The notes under the pieces: generated by a model
The model's input: the letters and a program-made list of their open reading frames with translations, nothing else
What the model was told of the DNA's origin: nothing
Database searches by the model: none
Origin: an archaeon
GTDB taxonomy: Archaea; Asgardarchaeota; Thorarchaeia; Thorarchaeales; Thorarchaeaceae
Direction of reading: 5' to 3'
Length of the DNA stretch: 32,000 bases
Assembly (NCBI GenBank): GCA_024275415.1
Contig: JAJRZD010000015.1
Coordinates: 10,058 to 42,057 of the forward strand
Translations under genes and position numbers: made by a program
Shown here: positions 25,220-32,000 of the stretch, piece by piece
Layout: every line of letters begins with the position of its first letter
Position numbering within the stretch: the first letter of the stretch is position 1

Positions 25220-26536
25220 ATGATTAAGATGGAATACAAAGACCTCATCTTTCCTGCGGGCTTTAAATGGGGTACTGCTTCCTCGGCACATCAAAGTGAG
25301 GGAGGGAATCATAATGACTGGAGTGAGTGGGAACAGGTACAGGGAAACGTAAAGGATGGAACGGACTCGCAGGTTGCATGTGATCATTACAACCGCTATG
25401 AGGAAGACTTTGATTTAATGAAGGAGTTCGGTCATCAGGTACACAGATTCTCAATAGAATGGAGCAGAATCGAGCCATCCCCTGAGAGATGGGATGAAAG
25501 AGAGCTAGAACATTACAGACGGGTCATTCAGGCATTACTCGTGCGAGGGATACAACCTATGCTGACGCTTCACCATTTCACGAATCCAATTTGGTTTCGT
25601 GACCTAGGGTCTTGGCTTAATCCAGAAGCGCCTGAGATATTCGGCAGGTATGTCGGAAAACTTGTCAGTGAGTTGAAGGACTTCGATATTATATGGAATA
25701 CGATAAATGAGCCAATGGTTATCTCTGCAATGGGGTATCTCTTTGGCGAATTCCCCCCACAAAGAAAGGATTTTGGGGATGCCCAGGTAGTTTCAAGGCA
25801 TCTGCTTATGGCACATGGACAAGCAGCGGAAGCGATAAGGGAAACCTATGAGGAATCAGGAAAGAATCACCCACTTATCGCTCCAGTAATGAGTGTTTCT
25901 CATTTCATGCCTGAAGACCCAGATGATCCAGATGACGTGGAACTAGCAACATATTTAGACGAACTGTATAACCACATGTGGATCAAGGGGGCAATCACAG
26001 GCAAAGTGATTGATGCAGAGGGAAACGAAATGCGATACGAAGCTTTGGAGAACTCTGTTGATTTCATTGGTATGAACTACTATAGCAGACAGGTAGTATC
26101 GTCCAGGATGGATTTTCTGAATGGCGAAATGCCTGAAAAGACCATTGCTGAACGATGCGATGGTCTTGATTGGGAGGTCTTCCCCGATGGCTACTACCCA
26201 CTCATAAAGACATTCTGGGAGAGATACGGAAAGCCCCTTTGGATGACAGAGAATGGAATTGGTACGATGGATGATTCTCTAAAATGTAGATATATTATCA
26301 GCCACCTTCAGCAAGTGTATAATGCAATCCAAGATGGAGTAGATATCTGGGGATATCTGGTCTGGACCTGGGTGACCAATTTTGAATGGGCACAGGGATT
26401 CATGAGCGATTTCGGGCTTGTTGGGATGGAGCCGAGCACACTTCAGCGAATCCCACGAGAGAGTGCCTATCTACTGAAGGACATCATCGAACATAATGGA
26501 ATCACAAAAGAGATTCAACAGAGGTTCCTACAATGA
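25220..26536 (+). CDS. Glycoside hydrolase family 1 (beta-glucosidase/beta-galactosidase-like)
   Basis: FKWGTASSAHQSEG, RFSIEWSRIEP, TLHHFTNP, acid/base NEP, nucleophile TENG, NFEWAQG..FGL. Confidence 0.95.
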   Translation: MIKMEYKDLIFPAGFKWGTASSAHQSEGGNHNDWSEWEQVQGNVKDGTDSQVACDHYNRYEEDFDLMKEFGHQVHRFSIEWSRIEPSPERWDERELEHYRRVIQALLVRGIQPMLTLHHFTNPIWFRDLGSWLNPEAPEIFGRYVGKLVSELKDFDIIWNTINEPMVISAMGYLFGEFPPQRKDFGDAQVVSRHLLMAHGQAAEAIRETYEESGKNHPLIAPVMSVSHFMPEDPDDPDDVELATYLDELYNHMWIKGAITGKVIDAEGNEMRYEALENSVDFIGMNYYSRQVVSSRMDFLNGEMPEKTIAERCDGLDWEVFPDGYYPLIKTFWERYGKPLWMTENGIGTMDDSLKCRYIISHLQQVYNAIQDGVDIWGYLVWTWVTNFEWAQGFMSDFGLVGMEPSTLQRIPRESAYLLKDIIEHNGITKEIQQRFLQ

Positions 26537-26589
26537 AGCGATAATCTTGTATCTATCGATATCTTCTAAAGCTGGGCAAAGACCAATAT

Positions 26590-27159
26590 GTGGAGATGCC
26601 AATTCCGACTTTTTTGTCAGCCACAGGTCTGATTCTCATTACAGAGCTGGGTGACAAGACGATGCTGACAGCCATGTGTTTCAGTGCACAATACAGAAAG
26701 CCAATAGCGGTTCTTGCTGCAACTTTGCTAGCTCTTGCAGCATCAACTTCAATTGCAGTTGTGATTGGCGTCGTGCTTTCGATTGCACTTCCTATTGACA
26801 TTCTATTCATTGTATCTGCGCTTCTTTTCATTGGACTGGGACTCGTTAGTATTATGAAAAGCTCATCGGAGGAAGCGGGTATATGCGAGGAACCTAAAAC
26901 TTTCTTGAGCATGGTTTCAGTTATATTGTTCTCCGAGTTAGGTGACAAGAGCCAACTTACTATCCTAGCATTGTCTGTGCATTCTGCATATCCCATACTG
27001 ATTCTTATTGGTGCAATCATGGGGTTTGTCATTGTGAACTTGATTGGTGTATATTCGGGTGATTGGATCGCATCTCACGTATCCACCAGCACGGTGAAAA
27101 GAGTGTCAGGTCTTGTGTTCATCATATTCGGTGTCATTGTCCTCATCGGAATCATCTGA
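26590..27159 (+). CDS. TMEM165/GDT1 (UPF0016) Ca2+/Mn2+ transporter
   Basis: Two E-phi-G-D-K-[ST] motifs (ELGDKT, ELGDKS) and multiple TM helices. Confidence 0.92.
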   Translation: MEMPIPTFLSATGLILITELGDKTMLTAMCFSAQYRKPIAVLAATLLALAASTSIAVVIGVVLSIALPIDILFIVSALLFIGLGLVSIMKSSSEEAGICEEPKTFLSMVSVILFSELGDKSQLTILALSVHSAYPILILIGAIMGFVIVNLIGVYSGDWIASHVSTSTVKRVSGLVFIIFGVIVLIGII

Positions 27160-27202
27160 AGTGATACGAAGGCTTTATGTCTGACCAATTAGGCGTGTTT
27201 GG

Positions 27203-28573
27203 TTGAAACGAGGTGAAATTGGGTTGGGTCTAGAAGACTCTGGATACAGTGGCATGGTCTTTGAGCGACTGAGTTCGTTGCACATAGATATTGGTGATTT
27301 GATTTCCATTGAACGAAACGGAAACGAATTCACGGGGCTTTTGATGCCTAGAAGTCAAATTGGGTCAGATGAGAATCACATTGTGATCAAGCTTGAAAAT
27401 GGGTACAACATCGGCGTATGCATTGATGAGAGGTGCATAATCGGCAAGAAAAAATCATCTACGAAACGAAGACGAAAACCCCCAGTGGTTCGTGATGTGA
27501 ATCCAAACTTGCCAACAGTGTCCATCATAAGCACTGGAGGCACCATTGCAAGCAGGGTCGATTACAGGACTGGGGCTGTCAATCCGGCACTTACTGCTCA
27601 AGATCTCTATGATTCTGTTCCCGAGCTTGAAGACTATGCAAATGTACATGCAAAAGTTCTCATGAGTGTCCTTTCGGAGAATATAACCCCCTCAGACTGT
27701 ACCAAGCTTGTAAAGAAGGTAGCATCCGAGATTAGAAGGGGGGTTGATGGAGTAATTATTGCCCATGGAACTGACACTATGGGCTATACAGCGGCAGCAC
27801 TTTCATTTGCACTGAGCAATCTTCCTGTTCCAGTAGCTCTCGTTGGGTCACAAAGATCATCTGATAGGCCCTCATCAGATTCTGCCTTAAACCTCATTGG
27901 AGCCACAAAAATAGTAGGAAAAGCAGATATAGCAGAAGTCATGGTTGTTATGCACGGTGAAACAGACGACAGTTTTCTGTATGCACATCGTGGTACGCGT
28001 GTACGTAAATTTCATTCAAGTCGACGAGATGCATTCCAGTCAGTCAATGACTATCCGTTATTACGTATCAACGACAGAGGAATCGAGGAGATTTCGGAGC
28101 CTTTGCTTAGAAGGAATGCTGAACGGATAGTGAAAGTAAAACCCAAGTTCGAGGAGAAGGTTGCTCTAGTAAAGACATATCCAGGCATGCGTAGCACGGT
28201 TGTTGAAACCCTTTTGGACGACGAATATAAGGGACTAGTGATCGAAGGGACAGGTCTCGGCCATGCTCCTGACATACTTCGACCAGTGCTCAAAAAAGCA
28301 ATCGAGTCGGAGGTTATTGTGGTTATGACGACCCAATGCATTAATGGCCGAGTTGACATGAATGTATACCGAACTGGCGTGCAACTTCTCGATTTGGGAG
28401 TGATTCCTTGTGATGATATGTTGGCTGAAACGGCTTTGGTTAAGCTCATGTGGTTACTTGCTAATACAAAGGACAACAGGGAAGTGAGAACTCTGATGGT
28501 AACTCCGCTTGCTGGAGAGATAGGAATGAGAAGTGAATATTCCCAATATCACATTAGTTCGAGGAAGAGATAA
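27203..28573 (+). CDS. gatD: Glu-tRNA(Gln) amidotransferase subunit D
   Basis: HIVIKLENGYNIG, STGGTIASRVDYRTGAV, HGTDTMGYTAAALSF, GSQRSSDRPSSD, RKFHSSRRDAF. Confidence 0.96.
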   Translation: MKRGEIGLGLEDSGYSGMVFERLSSLHIDIGDLISIERNGNEFTGLLMPRSQIGSDENHIVIKLENGYNIGVCIDERCIIGKKKSSTKRRRKPPVVRDVNPNLPTVSIISTGGTIASRVDYRTGAVNPALTAQDLYDSVPELEDYANVHAKVLMSVLSENITPSDCTKLVKKVASEIRRGVDGVIIAHGTDTMGYTAAALSFALSNLPVPVALVGSQRSSDRPSSDSALNLIGATKIVGKADIAEVMVVMHGETDDSFLYAHRGTRVRKFHSSRRDAFQSVNDYPLLRINDRGIEEISEPLLRRNAERIVKVKPKFEEKVALVKTYPGMRSTVVETLLDDEYKGLVIEGTGLGHAPDILRPVLKKAIESEVIVVMTTQCINGRVDMNVYRTGVQLLDLGVIPCDDMLAETALVKLMWLLANTKDNREVRTLMVTPLAGEIGMRSEYSQYHISSRKR

Positions 28574-28574
28574 A

Positions 28575-30503
28575 ATGTCTGACGAGTCATGGTACGAACA
28601 CATCGGGTTAATGGTTGGGCTCGAACTACATCAGCAATTAGATACAGAACGCAAGCTTTTCTGTCATTGTCCAACCGTCATCAGGGAGGATGAGCCCCAA
28701 GGGAGATTTATTCGAAGACTCAGACCTACTAAGAGCGAGATGGGAGAAGTAGATCCAGCAGCATTATTCGAGTTCAAGAAGAAAAAAAAGTTCTGTTACG
28801 AGTATTACAATGATACTACGTGCTTGGTCGAGGGCGATGAGGAGCCTCCGCATGACATATGCGAGGAGGCAATTGACATTAGCTTGACTCTGGCCAATTT
28901 GCTTCATTCGCGCCCAGTAGATGAGATACATCCAATGAGGAAGATTGTGATTGATGGTTCTAACACAACAGGATTCCAGCGAACAGCGATAGTGGCGCTT
29001 GGAGGACAGGTGAATGTTGGAGGGAAGGATATCCACATTCAAACCATCGCTATTGAAGAGGATGCTGCACGAAAAATCGCAGATGATGAACGAAATAATA
29101 TGCGAGTCTATAGACTGGATCGACTTGGCATCCCTCTCATTGAAATCGCAACAGCACCGGATATCAGGTCCCCTCATGAAGCACAGGAGGTCGCACTGGC
29201 AATAGGTATGCTACTACGTGCTACGGGGAAAGTCAAACGCGGTCTTGGTACAATACGTCAAGACGTGAATGTGTCGATCAATGGGGGGAGCATTACCGAG
29301 ATCAAAGGACTCCAGCAACTGGATATGGTCGCAAAGGTAGTTGAATATGAAGCTACACGTCAGGAAAACCTGCTCATGATACGGGATGAACTGAGAGGTA
29401 AAGGCATCACTCCAAGTGATATTGCGATGGATATTCACGATGTGTCTGACTTATTCGTGCATACTAAATCGAAAGTCATCAAGAGGGCGCTATCGACAGG
29501 GGGGGCAGTGTATGGTGTAAAACTCTCTGGTTTTTCGGGTCTATTAGGAAGGGAAATACAACCCGATAGGCGGTTAGGTACCGAGCTTTCGGATTATGCT
29601 AAATTCTGGGGAGGCGTCGGTGGCATCTTTCATACTGATGAGCTTCCTAATTACGGAATAACTAAAGATGAAGTGGAAAAGCTGTACGGATTCTTCGACG
29701 CTGAGAAAGACGATGCGATTGTTGTCGTGGCAGCACATTCCGATAGGTGCATTGCTGCACTTGAGGCGGTTGTGAGGAGAGCAAAAGAGTCCCTAATTGG
29801 AGTGCCAGCTGAAACACGCACGCCTTTACCAGAGGGGCAAACCAAATATGCGCGCCCAAGACCTGGTGCCCAACGTATGTATCCTGAAACAGATGTGCGC
29901 CCGGTTAAGATAACTGCACAGCGTCTGAAGATGATAAAAAAACACATGCCTGAGCCACTAGAAGAAAGAAGGAAGCGTTTTGTTCGGGAGCATGGACTGA
30001 GTAAGGATCTTGCAGCTCAGATAGTGAGATCACATTTTCTGAACCTGTACGAGTCAGTGACCGAGAAACTTGATATCAACCCAACAATTGTCGCCACTAC
30101 ATTTCTGAACACAGTCGTAAGCCTAAACCGGGAAGGGATTCCAGTAGAAACAATAGGGGATATGCAATTTGAGAGGGTATTTAGTTCAGTTGCTGAGAAT
30201 AAAATCTCTGCTGATGCTATTCCCGAGATGATATCGTATTTGGCTCAGAACCCAAGTGCCACAGTTGATGATGTGATAAATGCCACAGGACTTGCAAGAA
30301 TGAAACAATCAGACCTTCAGGAAATTGTCAAGGGCGTTGTTTCTGAACGAATAGATTACATTAGAGAGAATGGCGAACGCGCGATAGGGGGAATCATGGG
30401 AGTGGTCATGAACAAAGTCAGAGGGAGGGCAGAGGGAAAGACTGTCAAGGCGCTTGTTACATCGGAAGTAAACAAGGTTATTGACGGCGGACTACAACAA
30501 TGA
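28575..30503 (+). CDS. gatE: Glu-tRNA(Gln) amidotransferase subunit E
   Basis: GLELHQQL, RRLRPTKSEMGEVDPAA, IDGSNTTGFQRT, LDRLGIPLIEIAT, GTIRQDVNVSI, RPRPGAQRMYPETDV. Confidence 0.96.
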   Translation: MSDESWYEHIGLMVGLELHQQLDTERKLFCHCPTVIREDEPQGRFIRRLRPTKSEMGEVDPAALFEFKKKKKFCYEYYNDTTCLVEGDEEPPHDICEEAIDISLTLANLLHSRPVDEIHPMRKIVIDGSNTTGFQRTAIVALGGQVNVGGKDIHIQTIAIEEDAARKIADDERNNMRVYRLDRLGIPLIEIATAPDIRSPHEAQEVALAIGMLLRATGKVKRGLGTIRQDVNVSINGGSITEIKGLQQLDMVAKVVEYEATRQENLLMIRDELRGKGITPSDIAMDIHDVSDLFVHTKSKVIKRALSTGGAVYGVKLSGFSGLLGREIQPDRRLGTELSDYAKFWGGVGGIFHTDELPNYGITKDEVEKLYGFFDAEKDDAIVVVAAHSDRCIAALEAVVRRAKESLIGVPAETRTPLPEGQTKYARPRPGAQRMYPETDVRPVKITAQRLKMIKKHMPEPLEERRKRFVREHGLSKDLAAQIVRSHFLNLYESVTEKLDINPTIVATTFLNTVVSLNREGIPVETIGDMQFERVFSSVAENKISADAIPEMISYLAQNPSATVDDVINATGLARMKQSDLQEIVKGVVSERIDYIRENGERAIGGIMGVVMNKVRGRAEGKTVKALVTSEVNKVIDGGLQQ

Positions 30504-30550
30504 AATCAAAGACAATTACAAACAGGGTAAATTAGTTAGATGTCGATGGG

Positions 30551-30589
30551 AATGAAATGCAAAGTTAATGACTAATTTTGCAACTCATT
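30551..30589. promoter_or_regulatory. Imperfect inverted repeat, possible operator (or terminator hairpin) upstream of the small peptide ORF
   Basis: TGCAAAGTTA-ATGAC-TAATTTTGCA (10-bp arms, 1 mismatch), flanked by AATGA/TCATT. TATAAT follows at 30601-30606. Confidence 0.45.
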
Positions 30590-30641
30590 CTTTTTCGGAC
30601 TATAATAGGCATGGAGTGGTATCTAATTTCGTGAACCAAAA

Positions 30642-30755
30642 ATGAAACCGATGTTGATTCCCCCTGGCATTGATAAACCAGAACCTTGGGATCTTGAAAT
30701 TCCTCCTGGCATCGACAAGCCAGAACCATGGAAATCCGAGGATAGATCCAACTAG
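30642..30755 (+). CDS. Unannotated 37-aa repeat peptide MKPMLIPPGIDKPEPWDLEIPPGIDKPEPWKSEDRSN
   Basis: Below the track cut-off. ATG 30642 to TAG 30755; the internal 11-codon repeat differs only at synonymous positions. Confidence 0.75.
   Translation: MKPMLIPPGIDKPEPWDLEIPPGIDKPEPWKSEDRSN
30657..30731 (+). repeat. Two 33-nt direct repeats (period 42 nt) encoding IPPGIDKPEPW
   Basis: ATTCCCCCTGGCATTGATAAACCAGAACCTTGG (30657-30689) versus ATTCCTCCTGGCATCGACAAGCCAGAACCATGG (30699-30731): 5 differences, all at third codon positions. Confidence 0.95.
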
Positions 30756-30831
30756 TTCCAGAAACTGAAGCCAATCAAATAAGATGGCAGGTTTCTTGCT
30801 GGGCTACGGCCCAGCACTTGTTTCTTTTCGA

Positions 30832-31521
30832 TTACATAGCTCTTCTTACTACATAAGAACTATCTTCGGTGCCAACATGGATCTCATCCGCCATGCCTAT
30901 AAACAGCCCAGTTTCAACAACCCCGGGAATCATCTTCAGTACAACGGAAACTCGTTCAGGTTCATCAATCGGTTCGGGAAATTTGAGATCAATGATGAAA
31001 TTGCCGTTGTCAGTCACTACAGGCCCCATTTTCCTTTGTGCCATTCTAATAGTGGGAAAGACCCCCATAGATGCAATCTTTCTCTTGACAACACTGAGCG
31101 CAAAGGGCAAAACCTCGACAGGGATCTCAAATCTTGTGCCAAGAGAATCAACTAGCTTCGATTCGTCAACGATAATCACTAATCTGTCAGAAGCAAATGC
31201 CACCACTTTTTCTTGGAACAGTGCACCCCCACCGCCCTTTGTCAGGTTGAGATCCTTATCTACCTCATCTGCGCCATCGACTGTGAGCACAAGAGAAGGA
31301 TTAATGTCAAGGTTTGTGAGAGGGATTCCATATTCTATGGCTAACTGATATGCCTGATAGGAGCTTGGGACGACCTGCACATTGACTATACCATCTGATA
31401 TTGCCTGACCCAATTCTTTTGCAAAGAGAGCTACCGTAGAACCGCTACCTAGTCCGAGAACCCCTTTTTTTGGGATCAAAGGGAGAACGCTCTTCACAGC
31501 ATTTAGTTTCGACTTGGACAT
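30832..31521 (-). CDS. rpiA: Ribose-5-phosphate isomerase A
   Basis: GLGSGSTV, TVDGADEVD, LTKGGGGALFQEKVVA, IPVEVLP, GPVVTDNGNFIID, IPGVVETGLF. Start at ATG 31521 or 31575. Confidence 0.96.
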   Translation of the reverse strand: MSKSKLNAVKSVLPLIPKKGVLGLGSGSTVALFAKELGQAISDGIVNVQVVPSSYQAYQLAIEYGIPLTNLDINPSLVLTVDGADEVDKDLNLTKGGGGALFQEKVVAFASDRLVIIVDESKLVDSLGTRFEIPVEVLPFALSVVKRKIASMGVFPTIRMAQRKMGPVVTDNGNFIIDLKFPEPIDEPERVSVVLKMIPGVVETGLFIGMADEIHVGTEDSSYVVRRAM

Positions 31522-31704
31522 GACATAGTGATTTTGATTTATTTCCAAAAGGCTTTCTGTTGGAGGTATTGTCATTCCTCGGTACTTCTGGAAATCACAC
31601 CTGCATAGTCTATTTAATCGTTAAGTGATAGAGAACCATGGTTCCCTATCGATTCTGAACACAATTGTATGAGTTTGTCGGGTGGGGATGAGGTAAACTT
31701 TGGC

Positions 31705-32000
31705 TCAATCCCCACTCATCAACGCCTTAAGCCGTTCCATTTCTGCAAGCATTTCTGATTGAAGGGAGCTTTTGCCACTACTTGCAGATACTCCACTAGA
31801 AACACCACTTGGAGGACTGCTGCTGGGAACACCACCCGGAGGCCCACCACTAGGAGCACCGCCTGGAGGCCCACCACCCGGAGGCCCACCACTAGGAGCA
31901 CCGCCTGGAGGCCCACCACCCGGAGGCCCACCGCTAGGAGCACCGCCTGGAGGCCCACCACCCGGAGGCCCACCACTAGGAGCACCGCCTGGAGGCCCAC
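31705..32000 (-). CDS. C-terminus of a Gly/Pro-rich repeat protein ending in an amphipathic helix (partial, runs off the right edge)
   Basis: The likely frame differs from the track's: ...(GGPPGGAPSGGPPG)x4-GVPSSSPPSGVSSGVSASSGKSSLQSEMLAEMERLKALMSGD*, with TGA at 31705-31707. Confidence 0.75.
   Translation of the reverse strand, partial: GPPGGAPSGGPPGGGPPGGAPSGGPPGGGPPGGAPSGGPPGGGPPGGAPSGGPPGGVPSSSPPSGVSSGVSASSGKSSLQSEMLAEMERLKALMSGD
31831..31998. repeat. Tandem array of four 42-nt units, continuing to the window edge
   Basis: ACCACCCGGAGGCCCACCACTAGGAGCACCGCCTGGAGGCCC at 31831, 31873, 31915 and 31957; one synonymous change in unit 3. Confidence 0.95.

Noticed and set aside
1164-28573. Genome-wide TAA reassignment as an explanation for the rpoB stop
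   Set aside because: TAA ends well-conserved genes at their expected C-termini here (rpoB 1164-1166, rps15 10003-10005, gatD 28571-28573).
30-31348. Numerous antisense or alternative-frame ORFs in the track (e.g. 30..332, 698..1180, 1407..1919, 11469..11918, 14533..15081, 15764..16321, 26553..27032, 30869..31348)
   Set aside because: They are shadows of well-supported genes on the other strand or frame and carry no family motifs.
31831-31998. CRISPR array
   Set aside because: The units are contiguous with no unique spacers, and the period is a multiple of three inside a coding frame; no cas genes are present.
31719-32000. Track ORF MGLQAVLLVVGLRVV... as a hydrophobic repeat protein
   Set aside because: It is an alternative frame of the same repeat. 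The Gly/Pro frame has a synonymous-only repeat variant and a sensible C-terminal helix, whereas the track frame's variant changes the amino acid.

Overview
Archaeal core-genome window, most likely Asgard (Thorarchaeia-like). The taxonomy is inferred from an unsplit RpoB, standalone Kae1/Bud32, GatDE and a Gly/Pro-repeat protein. It contains rpoB and the start of rpoA1, eS1, uS15, KEOPS genes (kae1, bud32, pcc1), an Sm protein, FAU-1, TFE, aMBF1, GatD/GatE, RpiA, MtnA, a GH1 glycosidase and a GDT1 transporter. The ORF track does not show the most unusual content. (1) Seven tRNA genes carry eight BHB-type introns, five at non-canonical positions. Six of the eight are 29-31 nt. The T-loop (59/60) introns of tRNA-Lys and tRNA-Asp are clear homologues, with compensatory stem changes and an identical insertion context. 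A splicing-endonuclease subunit lacking the catalytic His lies in the same window. (2) An unannotated 37-aa peptide carries a duplicated IPPGIDKPEPW motif whose copies differ only at synonymous sites. (3) The GAN/RecJ orthologue has lost all DHH catalytic motifs, as Cdc45 has. (4) A PINA-type ATPase lacks the PIN domain. (5) rpoB contains an in-frame TAA. (6) There is a tnpB 3' remnant, a DinB pseudogene with two in-frame TGA codons, and the C-terminus of a (GGPPGGAPSGGPPG)n protein. All family calls come from motif recognition by eye; no database searches were run.
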